A stretch of DNA of 53,618 bases from an uncultured archaeon (GTDB lineage: Archaea; Asgardarchaeota; Thorarchaeia; Thorarchaeales; Thorarchaeaceae), in NCBI GenBank assembly GCA_964458565.1, contig CAYWJO010000012.1:23289-76906 (forward strand), read 5' to 3'. Shown here in pieces: positions 30,218 through 40,458 of this stretch (positions are counted from its first letter, which is position 1; the number at the start of each line of letters is the position of its first letter). The translations under genes were made by a program, and so were the position numbers. The notes beneath the pieces are model-generated. The model had not been told where the DNA came from and did not search any database. It saw only the letters and a program-made list of their open reading frames with translations.

Positions 30218-31561
30218 GTGAACGAGAGGGTGTTGCAGCACATTGATGAGAATCTTCAGAATTCTATTGCGGATTTGAAAAGAATCTGTGCACTTCCTTC
30301 AGTTGCTGCTAAGGGGGAGTATATGGAAGAGACCGCTGAAATGGTTGCATCAATGCTGGAGAGTATCGGTTTTGAGACAAGAGTTCATCCCACCTCTGGC
30401 GTTTCTGTTGTAACTGGTGAGCTTAATGTAGGTGCAACTAGAACGCTCTTATTCTACGATCACTTCGATGTACAACCTGCAGAGCCGTTTGATTTATGGG
30501 ACTCTCCTCCCTTTGAATCTGATATCAGAGATGGACGAATCTTCGCTCGAGGGGTAGCAGATAATAAGGGTGATTTCATTTCCCGTATTTGGGCTGTAAA
30601 GGCATTCTTAGAAAATGGACTTGAGTTACCTGTCAACGTCAAATTTGTGGTTGAGGGTGAGGAGGAGATTAGCAGTCCAAATCTACCAGAATTCGTTAAA
30701 ACGAATAAAGACTTCTTGAAAGCAGATGGTGGAATCTGGGAATTTGGCGGCTCAGACATTAATGGTGTGCAGGAAGCGTGGTTGGGACTAAAAGGAATAG
30801 TCTATGTTCAGCTGGAAATAGAGCGATTGAACACTGATTCTCACTCAGCCAACGCATGTATTCTTCCCTCAGCACCCTATCGCTTAATTTGGGCACTTAA
30901 TTCTCTAAAAGACAACGAAGAGAACATTCTCATTGAAGGATTCTATGATGATGTTAAACCGTTAATTGATATTGAGAAAAAGGCGATTGCTAAGATAGAC
31001 ATGTATGAGGATAAAATCAAGAATCACTATGGAATTGATGAATTCCTGCTTGGTCTTGAAGGTCATGAGTTGAAGGAACGGTACTATAATGGCCCCACGT
31101 GCAATATCTGCGGTGTTTGGAGTGGTTACCAAGGTGTCGGTTCAAAGACTGTCCTCCCTGCAAAGGCGTTTGCAAAACTCGACTTCCGACTTGTCGAGAA
31201 AATGAGACCTGATGACATAATCAACAAACTTCGTCGTCATTTGGATTCTCATGGATTCACTGATATCAAAATTGCATGGCATGAAGGGTATCCAGCTGCC
31301 AAAACACCGGTTGATCATCCTTTTGTTGAACTGGTCAATAAGGCAAATAAAGCCGTGTTCGGACACGATCTCGTTTTACAGCCTACAAGCCCTGGTTCTG
31401 GTCCACTCTATTTATTCAATGAATATGTGCCTATGGTGTCAATTGGTTGCGGTGATTATGATTCTCGAGCTCATGCTCCGAATGAAAGCATCATGATAGA
31501 AAACTATCATAATACAATCAAACGGATTGCTGTTCTTATGCACGAGATGGGTTCTTGGTGA
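30218..31561 (+). CDS. M20/M25/M40 family metallopeptidase/deacylase
   Basis: HFDVQP, RGVADNKG, EGEEE and HAPNE. Confidence 0.9.
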   Translation: MNERVLQHIDENLQNSIADLKRICALPSVAAKGEYMEETAEMVASMLESIGFETRVHPTSGVSVVTGELNVGATRTLLFYDHFDVQPAEPFDLWDSPPFESDIRDGRIFARGVADNKGDFISRIWAVKAFLENGLELPVNVKFVVEGEEEISSPNLPEFVKTNKDFLKADGGIWEFGGSDINGVQEAWLGLKGIVYVQLEIERLNTDSHSANACILPSAPYRLIWALNSLKDNEENILIEGFYDDVKPLIDIEKKAIAKIDMYEDKIKNHYGIDEFLLGLEGHELKERYYNGPTCNICGVWSGYQGVGSKTVLPAKAFAKLDFRLVEKMRPDDIINKLRRHLDSHGFTDIKIAWHEGYPAAKTPVDHPFVELVNKANKAVFGHDLVLQPTSPGSGPLYLFNEYVPMVSIGCGDYDSRAHAPNESIMIENYHNTIKRIAVLMHEMGSW

Positions 31562-31562
31562 T

Positions 31563-33137
31563 TCATGGTAGTGGTGGTCTCAAACGTAGATCTTTGTCCC
31601 ACTGAATAGTGAATCCATATTCAATTTTCAGCTGTTCATTAGTTTCAATGTTGGTTTCCCACTCAAGAATACCGAGCTCGAATTTCTTATATTCGTGAGT
31701 TGGTTGGCTTAGCTCAATTTCGACTTTCTCTGAACTACTATGTGGTATAACATCAACGACTTTCATGTTTATTGATGTCTTCGCAAAACTCTTGATTTCA
31801 AGGCGATATTGATAATCCCTACGTCGTTTTCCTCTTGTGATTCCAGCTTTCTCTGTATCCTTCGCTATAAGCTTCTTCTCCGCCTTTACATCATAAGCCG
31901 CACGAGTTCCCAATCGAAACTCTTCTCGAGGGGCTATCATTCCAAGACTCGTTTCACCGATGAATTCACCTTGCGCATAGACTTTAACATTCCCAGGAAG
32001 GATCACAGAATCTCCATTCGTAATCTCATCTTGTGCGACCACTTCTGGCATTGCTGCAGCATTCCAATAGTACAGCTTCCTTGAATCGAATTCTTCTTCA
32101 GTCAATGTAATCGGATGCGGGTCTTGTTCTGATGCTATTGTTACTTTACCTGGAACATCATAGATTACTGTACCACTTAGAGTTTCAGAAGCTGTGGAAT
32201 GAATTTCAATTAGGTCTTCGAGACCATCTGCAGCTCCAACATATTCCTCTGCCTCTTCTGGCATCTCATCATAATCACGCTCTTTATCAGCCATGAATCC
32301 AAAGCCAGTACTTACTGCGACTGCTGATGCAATATTAACATAGTAGGGTTTTGGAGTCACTGCCTCAACAGGTCGAGCTGATGAAGTTGAAACGATAAGA
32401 GTAACATCTTCCCAACTCTCTAGAGAATTGTTATAGACCATCGCGATTCTCTTCAGTGATGCATTTTTTTCTCCAATGTCTACATCGTAAGTGGGGCTCC
32501 ATCCCGCGTATCTAATTTGATAGGTGATGTCTAATTGAATCTCTGTAGCCTGTTTTGCTTCAACAAGGACTTTTACTTCAGTTATGGTTTCAGTTCGTCT
32601 TTGTCCTTGAATCTTGTTCAGATTACTCTGAGCAACCCGTATCTTAAATTGTAATTCTTCAAGTTGTGTACGTTCATTTTGGATCTTTGTCTTGAGTTCT
32701 CTAAGGAGGCTAATCGAGGTCTCATCCATATCTGCAAAATGCTTCACTGATGACTCTCCAACTGCTATCCATTTACCAATCTCGCTAGCAAATTGGCTCC
32801 GAATTGTACTAAGATGTCCTACGCGAGATTCATAGAATTCCAATTTATCAGTAATTTTTTTCTGTTCTTTCTGTAATTTTTCGAGCTCTTTCACCATCTT
32901 GTCAACATCAGCTTTAGGTTCATAGATAACCTGCTTTTTACTAACATCAATAGCTTTCAATACTGCTGCACCTTTGCCCTTCACACGAAAACTATCACTC
33001 ATCGCATATCCAGTAATACCAGAGGCGATTATATGGTGCTCTCCTGTTTCAATTCTTAGGCTACCACTGCGTGTTAATCTTGCTCCATCGCGAAATACTG
33101 TCACATCACTAATTCTTGTTTCTAAGTCCATTTTCAT
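31563..33137 (-). CDS. DUF4140/DUF4139 (MuiA-like) protein
   Basis: VTVFRDGA.LTR, a coiled coil, AGWSPTYD, N.S.ESWEDV.L.VST and LPG.VKVY..GEFIG. Confidence 0.85.
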   Translation of the reverse strand: MKMDLETRISDVTVFRDGARLTRSGSLRIETGEHHIIASGITGYAMSDSFRVKGKGAAVLKAIDVSKKQVIYEPKADVDKMVKELEKLQKEQKKITDKLEFYESRVGHLSTIRSQFASEIGKWIAVGESSVKHFADMDETSISLLRELKTKIQNERTQLEELQFKIRVAQSNLNKIQGQRRTETITEVKVLVEAKQATEIQLDITYQIRYAGWSPTYDVDIGEKNASLKRIAMVYNNSLESWEDVTLIVSTSSARPVEAVTPKPYYVNIASAVAVSTGFGFMADKERDYDEMPEEAEEYVGAADGLEDLIEIHSTASETLSGTVIYDVPGKVTIASEQDPHPITLTEEEFDSRKLYYWNAAAMPEVVAQDEITNGDSVILPGNVKVYAQGEFIGETSLGMIAPREEFRLGTRAAYDVKAEKKLIAKDTEKAGITRGKRRRDYQYRLEIKSFAKTSINMKVVDVIPHSSSEKVEIELSQPTHEYKKFELGILEWETNIETNEQLKIEYGFTIQWDKDLRLRPPLP

Positions 33138-33150
33138 ATTCTTTCCCTCC

Positions 33151-34737
33151 TCATGGTAACGATGGGCTAACTGCAACTCCTTTTTCCCATTGCACTTCAT
33201 ATTCATAATTCAATGTGAACTCTTGGGATGCAGTGATTTTACTCTCCCAATGCATGACTCCTAACTCGAAACTTTTGATTCCAAGTTTGTCATAATCTAT
33301 TTTGACCTCAATCGCTGGATTCAGACTATGAGGTACGCGGTCGTATATATCCATCTCAATATCTTTTTTGGAGAAGTTAGATATCTTGAGGTTGTAGCGA
33401 TATGAACGACGTACTTTTCCTCTGGTCATTCCTGCTTTCTCTACTTCGCGTTCGACAAGCTTCTTTTCAGCCTTAACATCGTACGCCACTCTGGTGCCTA
33501 GTTTGAACTCTTCGCGTGGTGAAATCAGACTAATCGAAGTTTCACCAATGTAATCACCATCTGCAAATACTTTGACCTTTCCTGGCAATAACACCGAATC
33601 ACCATTTGTTACAACATCCTGCGCAACAACTTCAGCCATACCATCTGCATACCAATGATGCACTGTCTTGGATTCAAACTCTTCCTCTGTCAGTGTAATT
33701 GGATGAGATTCCTCATCGAATGGAATGTCAGCAGGAGTGGGCAATTCATAGATTGATATACCCGATACAGATTCAGATACTTCAGCGTACTCTTCAATTA
33801 TCTCAGGCAGTGGTTCAGGAGCTGGAGGTGGCATCAAACCTCCCGGCGCAACCATCTTTGGTGCTGCCTCAGCCTTCATCGCCATCCTTTTCATTTTTCT
33901 GCCTTCCATGCTCCTTTTCTCTTCAGCTGGATCATATGCATAAATCCAGTAAGGTGTTGGCTCAATGGCGGCGACAGGTTTCGCTGTTGCTGTTGACACC
34001 GTTAGTTTGATCTTCTTCCATTCCTCTTTTGTACGATTACGTATCATAGCTATACGTCTGACCTTTGCCATATTTGAGAGTAGGTCTACATCGTAGGTGG
34101 GGTTCCAACCCGCACCCCTTGACTGATATATGATATCTAGTTCTACATCAGATTTCTCCCTTACATCGAGAGAAATTTCAACATCAAAGTAACTCTCCGT
34201 TCTTCTCACTGCATTCAATCGATTTATTTCGTCTTGAAGAACATGAATTGTATCTTCCAATTCTTCTCGCTTTTCTCCAAGTTCCATAATCTTCTGATTC
34301 AACTCAAATGTACGCTTTTCAGTTTCAGAATTGAATTCTTGAAGAACATTCAGATCCCCCTCAGCTGCGGCATACACTTCACCAAATATCTCCGAAAAGC
34401 GCTGGAATGAAATATCTAATTCCCCTAGTTGCTTGTTTAAAAGATCGAGTTCGTCATTTATTGTTTTGAGTTCAGCCTGATGTTTTTTCATTTTCTTGAT
34501 AATTGGTTTAATATCACTACTAGGTTCAAAGACCTGACTTCTTCGAGACACATCAATACTTGCTAGAGCTGCGGGACCTCTACCCTTAACTCGAAAACTG
34601 TCTTCTTCGGCATATTCTGTTATTCCACTGACTCGGATTTTCTGTGGACCCTTTTCGAGTGACAATTTTCCATTTCTAGTAATTCTCGCTCCATCTCTGA
34701 ATACAGTCACAGATGATATAGCGGTGTTCATATCCAT
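33151..34737 (-). CDS. DUF4140/DUF4139 (MuiA-like) protein, tandem paralog
   Basis: Same motifs as the neighbouring gene. Confidence 0.85.
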   Translation of the reverse strand: MDMNTAISSVTVFRDGARITRNGKLSLEKGPQKIRVSGITEYAEEDSFRVKGRGPAALASIDVSRRSQVFEPSSDIKPIIKKMKKHQAELKTINDELDLLNKQLGELDISFQRFSEIFGEVYAAAEGDLNVLQEFNSETEKRTFELNQKIMELGEKREELEDTIHVLQDEINRLNAVRRTESYFDVEISLDVREKSDVELDIIYQSRGAGWNPTYDVDLLSNMAKVRRIAMIRNRTKEEWKKIKLTVSTATAKPVAAIEPTPYWIYAYDPAEEKRSMEGRKMKRMAMKAEAAPKMVAPGGLMPPPAPEPLPEIIEEYAEVSESVSGISIYELPTPADIPFDEESHPITLTEEEFESKTVHHWYADGMAEVVAQDVVTNGDSVLLPGKVKVFADGDYIGETSISLISPREEFKLGTRVAYDVKAEKKLVEREVEKAGMTRGKVRRSYRYNLKISNFSKKDIEMDIYDRVPHSLNPAIEVKIDYDKLGIKSFELGVMHWESKITASQEFTLNYEYEVQWEKGVAVSPSLP

Positions 34738-34855
34738 CTCGGTAATCTCCCTGCTTTCTCCAAACAATTCTCCATTTATCCTTTGAGTATATAGTTTTTA
34801 TAACGGGATTCAATAATTTCAAAATGACGAAATCTTGACCCTGAGTTGATATGAA

Positions 34856-37456
34856 ATGGAAACTGGATTTGTGAAGATGGGATTTAGAAACGCGTTTCGT
34901 AGAAAACGTGTTGCTGCCTTCACAATATTCTCTATTGCACTAGCTGTTAGCCTATTGTATACATCCTTATCTGCCAATGCTAATCTTCAACATAGTGCAA
35001 ATCAATTTCTCGATGATAGTATATCTCCAATTGATATCTCAGTCTCAACTTTCAAGTATGGTGTACGGATTACTAAGGCGCAAGAATACATTATCAAATC
35101 TCTCCCTGGTGTGGAGAAGACGATACCTCGAATTGAGGGGCATGCTTCAATTACCAATGGCAATCAAACAATCTTCTTTCTATTAATTGGAATTGATTTG
35201 AGTATTGAATCACATATAGGTAGTCTTAACGCTACTCAAGGAGTTGTTGATTTATCTGGACGGGGTTGTTACCTCTCTCATGAGGCTTATGATATACTAG
35301 ACAAAGAAATTGGTGAGGAATTGCTATTCAACACATCTGCTGGACTGCAATATCTCAATGTGACTGGAACCGGATTTATTATCGATAAGGGTTTGATTGG
35401 ACCTGTTGTGATAATCTCATTAGAGAAGGCATGGGATATCTATGCAATTCGATTTCCTGATGGTTCCTATAACAAAATGATGATTCAACTGGAAGATATC
35501 TTTGCAGCATCTACAACTATTAACCAACTTGAATCATTACTCAATAGCGACGATGATGACTTTGTAATCACTAATTTGAAAGCATACCATATGCGACTGA
35601 TAGAATCATTCATGATCTATGCTCGATCCATTCTTCTCGCACTAGTGGTATCAGCTGTTTCGATTGCATGGCTTCGCGTTTTCTCTTCTTTCGCTAAGGT
35701 CTTTGCTGAACGTCGCTATGAAACCGGGGTTCTTCTTGCTTTTGGAAGTTCACCAAGTCAGGTCATTCAGGTCTTTATAGTAGAATTGATTGTAATCGGA
35801 ACAATAGGTGCCATATTCGGAGCGATTCTCGGAACTGGACTTGGTTTTGTAGTACTCCAGATGCTACGAGTTCAGGTTCGAATCACAGCAATAGGAACAA
35901 CTGTACAATACTTCAATGCGCCTTATGTCATTGATTTTACAACTCTCTTGTTATCCGGAATCGCTGGTGTTTTTCTTACTGTCATATCTGGTTATCTCCC
36001 AGCATTTAGAGCATCTAGAGAAGCAGTTGTGAAAAGTCTAGGGATTGGATTAGTTGGCCAACAGACAAGTAGTTTGACTATATCTAAAAAACTCAAAAAC
36101 ACAATTTGGAGTGGTCTCAGTCTAGTTGCCTTGTCTATCTGTGGAATAGTATCAATTCAAGCCATCTCAGATTGGTTCGACCTTGAATGGATGTCAGCTG
36201 ACTGGATTAGGATAATGTCAATCCCTGCAGTGCTATTGACTCTAGCAATTTTATCGCCAAAGATTGCAACCTCTACCAAATTGCTTTCTTCGATCTCGAT
36301 ACGAACTAATGAACTCGTACGGGTCTTATCCGGAAAAAATCTTCGCAGAAATACAATCAATGCACTTGTGATATTCAATCTCTTTGCAGCAATCACAGTC
36401 TTGTTTTTCGTGTCAGCAAATGCTGGTTATGCAGTCACTGAAACATGGCGATATACAGTTGCTGGACAGACCTCATCAGCGAATGTTATTGCTCACATTG
36501 ATCCAGCAAGTGATATTGAGATTGTTTCACAGATTGAATCGTTACCAAATGTTACTCGCGTTGTGCCTGCAAATCAAGAGGTAAATTTCTTTACACATTC
36601 GGGTAATATTGAAACTGGTGTTATTCTCGGAGTCGATCCAATTGGATTTGAGGAAATGACTTCGATAGGTGTTGTATCTTCATTCAATCTTACTCAAGGT
36701 CTCTCAATAGTTGAAACGCCCATGACCTGTGTGGTTTCAGAATACACTGCTCGAAAACTTGCTTTGGAATTGGGTGATTCTATACATCTAGAATCAGGTA
36801 ACAACGTCACGGTCGCTGCAATATGCGTGTCTTCTGTTCCTGTCTTCGTTATGACAGTGATCAGTCCAGTTTTCATGATAATCAGCACCGAAACGTGGAG
36901 TCTGATTCAAGGTGCGCCTTATCTGGTTGGTAGCCTACTAATTCAAACCGAAACACCTCAAAATACAGCGTCTATCCTCTCGGATATGCCTGGTTTTCTA
37001 GCGGTACCAATCTCAGATTTGCAGGAAGATATCTTGGCTAATATACAGTACATTCAACTTATCATGGATTCCTCATTACTTGTCCTCGTTGGTGTAACAA
37101 TGGCAAGTGCCATTCTCAGTGGATGGGCTCTAGCCCAGACAAGAAGACGAGAGATTGGACTCCTAGCATCAATGGGTATGACAGATTCTGAAATTGCCTT
37201 AACAATGACGTTGGAAACCTCGGTAGCTATGATTGGAGGGACAATATTTGGGATAATTGCGGGTCTTTTGGTAGAAGCTGCGCTTGCTGATATACTACTC
37301 AGATTCGGTGGTTCTGACATTGCGTTTCTTGATTGGCGAATCGCACTACTGATTGTATTCTCATTGGTTTCTTCCACAATAGCTGTATATTTCGCCATAA
37401 CAAAGGCTGCTGATACTGAGGTGGTAAAACTTCTACGAGAGATGAGTCGAGAGTAG
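34856..37456 (+). CDS. FtsX/MacB-type ABC permease (duplicated domain)
   Basis: Two units of TM, extracellular domain and three TMs, with ERRYETGVLLAFG and RRREIGLLASMG. Confidence 0.85.
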   Translation: METGFVKMGFRNAFRRKRVAAFTIFSIALAVSLLYTSLSANANLQHSANQFLDDSISPIDISVSTFKYGVRITKAQEYIIKSLPGVEKTIPRIEGHASITNGNQTIFFLLIGIDLSIESHIGSLNATQGVVDLSGRGCYLSHEAYDILDKEIGEELLFNTSAGLQYLNVTGTGFIIDKGLIGPVVIISLEKAWDIYAIRFPDGSYNKMMIQLEDIFAASTTINQLESLLNSDDDDFVITNLKAYHMRLIESFMIYARSILLALVVSAVSIAWLRVFSSFAKVFAERRYETGVLLAFGSSPSQVIQVFIVELIVIGTIGAIFGAILGTGLGFVVLQMLRVQVRITAIGTTVQYFNAPYVIDFTTLLLSGIAGVFLTVISGYLPAFRASREAVVKSLGIGLVGQQTSSLTISKKLKNTIWSGLSLVALSICGIVSIQAISDWFDLEWMSADWIRIMSIPAVLLTLAILSPKIATSTKLLSSISIRTNELVRVLSGKNLRRNTINALVIFNLFAAITVLFFVSANAGYAVTETWRYTVAGQTSSANVIAHIDPASDIEIVSQIESLPNVTRVVPANQEVNFFTHSGNIETGVILGVDPIGFEEMTSIGVVSSFNLTQGLSIVETPMTCVVSEYTARKLALELGDSIHLESGNNVTVAAICVSSVPVFVMTVISPVFMIISTETWSLIQGAPYLVGSLLIQTETPQNTASILSDMPGFLAVPISDLQEDILANIQYIQLIMDSSLLVLVGVTMASAILSGWALAQTRRREIGLLASMGMTDSEIALTMTLETSVAMIGGTIFGIIAGLLVEAALADILLRFGGSDIAFLDWRIALLIVFSLVSSTIAVYFAITKAADTEVVKLLREMSRE

Positions 37457-37548
37457 GTGGTCAAGGCCATCAGGGGAAACGTGGTAGGAGGGGGGAGTAA
37501 CTGTTGAGGGCATGTCATAGAAAAAGTCCTAACAGCCTTTATACCACC
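37456..37548 (-). ncRNA. Candidate structured small RNA, copy A
   Basis: Minus-strand stem GGUGGU/ACCACC plus a 12-bp AAGGCUGUUAGG/CCUGAUGGCCUU stem with three G-U pairs. Loop motifs are identical to copy B, and TTATAT lies ~25 nt upstream (37571-37576). Confidence 0.6.
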
Positions 37549-37643
37549 ATTGATTAATCATTTTCAGAGAATATAAGGTCGCCAATTGATTCCCACACAA
37601 TTTAGTTATAAAATGAGCATTCTCGGAAAGATGGGAACTCACA

Positions 37644-38345
37644 ATGCAAACGAGAACGTTATTGGTTGCAAGTATATCATTTGTGGCCCTAGTTATTCCT
37701 TTAATCGCAAGTAATTTGGTTTTTGGTGGTCCCGTCAATGATTCCCAATTAGAGAATGTGAACAATCCTGAACAAACGGGTTCAACAACGATTCCACCCA
37801 CAACAACAATGCCACCCACAACAACGATTCCACCCACCACGCCTTGGTGGACCTCAACATGGTGGACAACAACGACAACCCCAACAACCACTACAACAAC
37901 TACAACGACCTCGACCACTACCACCACAACAACCACAATAACAAGTACAACTGTGGAAACGACCTCAACAATTCCCACGACAATAGAAACAACAACAACA
38001 GAGGTTACTACGTCACCTACCACGACACAAAATTCGACATCTATTGTAGAAACTGAAACTGAGTCCGAGACAGAGTCTGAAACCGAAACAGAATTCACTA
38101 GTAGCACAACTGTCCTCCAGACTAGCAGTTCTAGTACCACTTCTGATTTCACTCAGTTTACAAGCACTATATCTGTAATTGCCACACCTTCTTCAAGTAC
38201 AACTGCAAATACAACAGAAACTACAAGCAGTGGTACACCTCCATGGTGGGAAGGTTCAGGTACTTTTCTGAGTGTGGTAATCACAGGTGGTTCTGTTGTT
38301 GTAATTCTTGTCGTAATCGGAATGGCTTTACGCGGAAGAAAATAA
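37644..38345 (+). CDS. Thr/Ser-rich mucin-like membrane-anchored surface protein
   Basis: Signal peptide, (PPTTT) repeats, poly-Thr, ETETES repeats, then WWEGS, a TM helix and RGRK. Confidence 0.8.
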   Translation: MQTRTLLVASISFVALVIPLIASNLVFGGPVNDSQLENVNNPEQTGSTTIPPTTTMPPTTTIPPTTPWWTSTWWTTTTTPTTTTTTTTTSTTTTTTTTITSTTVETTSTIPTTIETTTTEVTTSPTTTQNSTSIVETETESETESETETEFTSSTTVLQTSSSSTTSDFTQFTSTISVIATPSSSTTANTTETTSSGTPPWWEGSGTFLSVVITGGSVVVILVVIGMALRGRK

Positions 38346-38357
38346 TCCATACATGGA

Positions 38358-38389
38358 TGAAGATGTAGGAGTTCATCCTACAATCTTCA
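38358..38389. terminator. Hairpin between convergent genes
   Basis: TGAAGATGTAGGA..TCCTACAATCTTCA. Confidence 0.55.
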
Positions 38390-38420
38390 ATTATTTTTCA
38401 TTCTCGGAGCAGGCTTTTGA

Positions 38421-38681
38421 TTACTGCATCATTTCCCACGAAGCTTTACATCCATAGTACCCGATAACGGCACAAACGATACCTAGAGCTAAGAAACTAA
38501 TTGCGGATATTGCATTGAAGTAAAATGCTGTACTACCCACTAGAAGAAATATCAACGCGCATGGCCATACTATTAATGTTACGCAACAAACCCCAATTGT
38601 CTTGAACAGGCCCTCTATACTAGTATCTGATCCTCTTCTATCTGGAGGTGGACGTGATGGAGGTACCTCGAATTCTGCCAA
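38421..38681 (-). CDS. Small Cys-rich two-TM membrane protein
   Basis: 86 aa with a Pro-rich N-terminus, two TMs and a GGAGGG SD-like sequence upstream. Confidence 0.6.
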   Translation of the reverse strand: MAEFEVPPSRPPPDRRGSDTSIEGLFKTIGVCCVTLIVWPCALIFLLVGSTAFYFNAISAISFLALGIVCAVIGYYGCKASWEMMQ

Positions 38682-38935
38682 TTCTTTCTCTCTCCCTCCA
38701 CAATAGTTTAGTTATGGCATATTACATTCTGATATATGAATGCAGTGGAAATCTTGACTCAAGTATTACTATACTATGATTTTTCGAATATCTTCTTCCG
38801 GCTCTCACTGATGAGTTCTTGGAACAACTAATCGATAGTATACTAGACACCGCATACTCAAGGCTAGATATTTGAGATTACGTTTTATCCGGAAAAAAAT
38901 GAAGATGGTAGGTCTTTGAAAAAAGACCTCCGTAT

Positions 38936-39382
38936 CTATTCGTATTCAACTTCAAGATTTGTGACGAGCTTTATACAGGAACCAATCAGACAATTGCCGA
39001 TTGGACAATTACTATGAGCCATCTCAAACAATTTTTCCAAACGCTCTTGTTTGATTCCATTCTTCACTATGACCTTGGTATGAATCTCAATAGTTTCGAA
39101 CCGGCTCATCTTTGTATCATCATCAGTTTCATACTGACCAATAATCTCTGAACTGATACCGCTTACCTCGATATGTGCTTTGTCCAATGCGATCTCGAAA
39201 ACGAGATTGACGCATGCACCAATCGATGCTAAGAAAAGGTGATGAGGACTTGTTGATCCAGGTTGGTCTTTTACCATTGGAGGTGGAGTAACGGTTATGC
39301 TCTGATACCCTCCAAGAGTCACTGCGTGTATCTTGTCTGCACCTGTTGAATGAAGTTTCGATGTAAATGTTGAAGTTGCCAT
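38936..39382 (-). CDS. OsmC/Ohr family protein
   Basis: SPHHLFLASIGAC and AHSNCPI conserved Cys pair. Confidence 0.85.
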   Translation of the reverse strand: MATSTFTSKLHSTGADKIHAVTLGGYQSITVTPPPMVKDQPGSTSPHHLFLASIGACVNLVFEIALDKAHIEVSGISSEIIGQYETDDDTKMSRFETIEIHTKVIVKNGIKQERLEKLFEMAHSNCPIGNCLIGSCIKLVTNLEVEYE

Positions 39383-39654
39383 TTCTAAATCACCAATTTA
39401 GGAGTTTGTGAGAAATAGGATTTCTCATCGAGAAAATCGAATTCAATCATTAAATAAGGAAGTGGAATGCGGCCATAAGCTCAAATTATTTTCAAAAAAA
39501 TTTCAGTAATTTACTACTCAGATATCCCCTGCTAAAAAAAACTCAATAAAATAAATTTGGGGTGTTGAAGGGATGATGATATCATGAATGCGAAAGGCGT
39601 AATAGTTGAGAAATACTCTCATATTTGTGGAATCTTAGAATAGGTAGTGGTTCT

Positions 39655-39846
39655 ATGGTAAAGATAGACAAGTTAACTAAAGCAGGCCAGGGCGGACGTT
39701 CTTCCGAACAAGGATTTGTTGTAGAGTTAGCGATGACTACAGAAGAAGCAGCAAAACTCGTTGAAGCACTTAATAGACGCATTAAGAAACACCCCTCCAG
39801 ACAGTTACATGTGATTGTGATGGAAGACCATGTGTATGTAGGCTAG
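39655..39846 (+). CDS. Small hypothetical protein (63 aa)
   Basis: ATG at 39655 and protein-like composition. Confidence 0.5.
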   Translation: MVKIDKLTKAGQGGRSSEQGFVVELAMTTEEAAKLVEALNRRIKKHPSRQLHVIVMEDHVYVG

Positions 39847-40070
39847 TTCAGAACTTGTTCATTATTGCTACACGATTCTTTCAGTCTTCACTCTTAAGAC
39901 CATGGCATGAACCCGATGTCCAAACTCGAGAAATCTGATGAATAAGCACCTCAAGTGAATAAGAGGAATACCTCAAAAATGCGAAAGATATGATGCACTT
40001 GGAGGACAAGTATGTCAGCATAAAGATAGATGATGGGACAGAGCCTCAAATAGCGATGTGTAGATAAAAT

Positions 40071-40137
40071 AAGAATGGAGGGGTCCGTTCCTCAAACCCG
40101 GAGGTTGGGAGTTTCTGGTGGGTGGACCCCACCTCTT
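40071..40137. ncRNA. Candidate structured element E
   Basis: GGGGTCC/GGACCCC stem, internal AACC-CGGA-GGTT hairpin, and GGAGTTTCTGG shared with element D. Confidence 0.35.
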
Positions 40138-40204
40138 TGTGTCCTCAGGTGATAGCACTAGAGCTGTTCAAAATCCTCTTTACTAGCAAGACTTTGCATT
40201 TTCA

Positions 40205-40351
40205 ATGGCTGAGGTCAGGAAGAAACTTCCCGATGCGTGGTTTCCGGAGAAGCGAAGCCACTCGCAAGAAGATGTAGTAATGGTTCAGGCGCCACTCAGT
40301 GAGTTTATAGAGCCAAGTGTGATATTGGAAGAAGGAGGAGAATACTCATGA
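40205..40351 (+). CDS. Candidate 48-aa ORF
   Basis: Its stop overlaps the next start (ATGA). Confidence 0.3.
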   Translation: MAEVRKKLPDAWFPEKRSHSQEDVVMVQAPLSEFIEPSVILEEGGEYS

Positions 40352-40458
40352 TTGGTGGCAATGGGTGGAAATTTGTTGAGTTAAAGATCAAAAGGGACAA
40401 AATACTCGAAGTCGTTTGTGGTTACATCAACAGGAAACTGGGAGGTCGAGCATCCTGA
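40348..40458 (+). CDS. Candidate 36-aa ORF
   Basis: GGAGGAG SD; MIGGNGWKFVELKIKRDKILEVVCGYINRKLGGRAS; its stop overlaps the next ORF. Confidence 0.35.
   Translation: MIGGNGWKFVELKIKRDKILEVVCGYINRKLGGRAS

Noticed and set aside
37529-38152. 207-aa Val-rich minus-strand ORF
   Set aside because: It is the antisense shadow of the Thr-rich gene (ACN codons read as Val-rich on the opposite strand).
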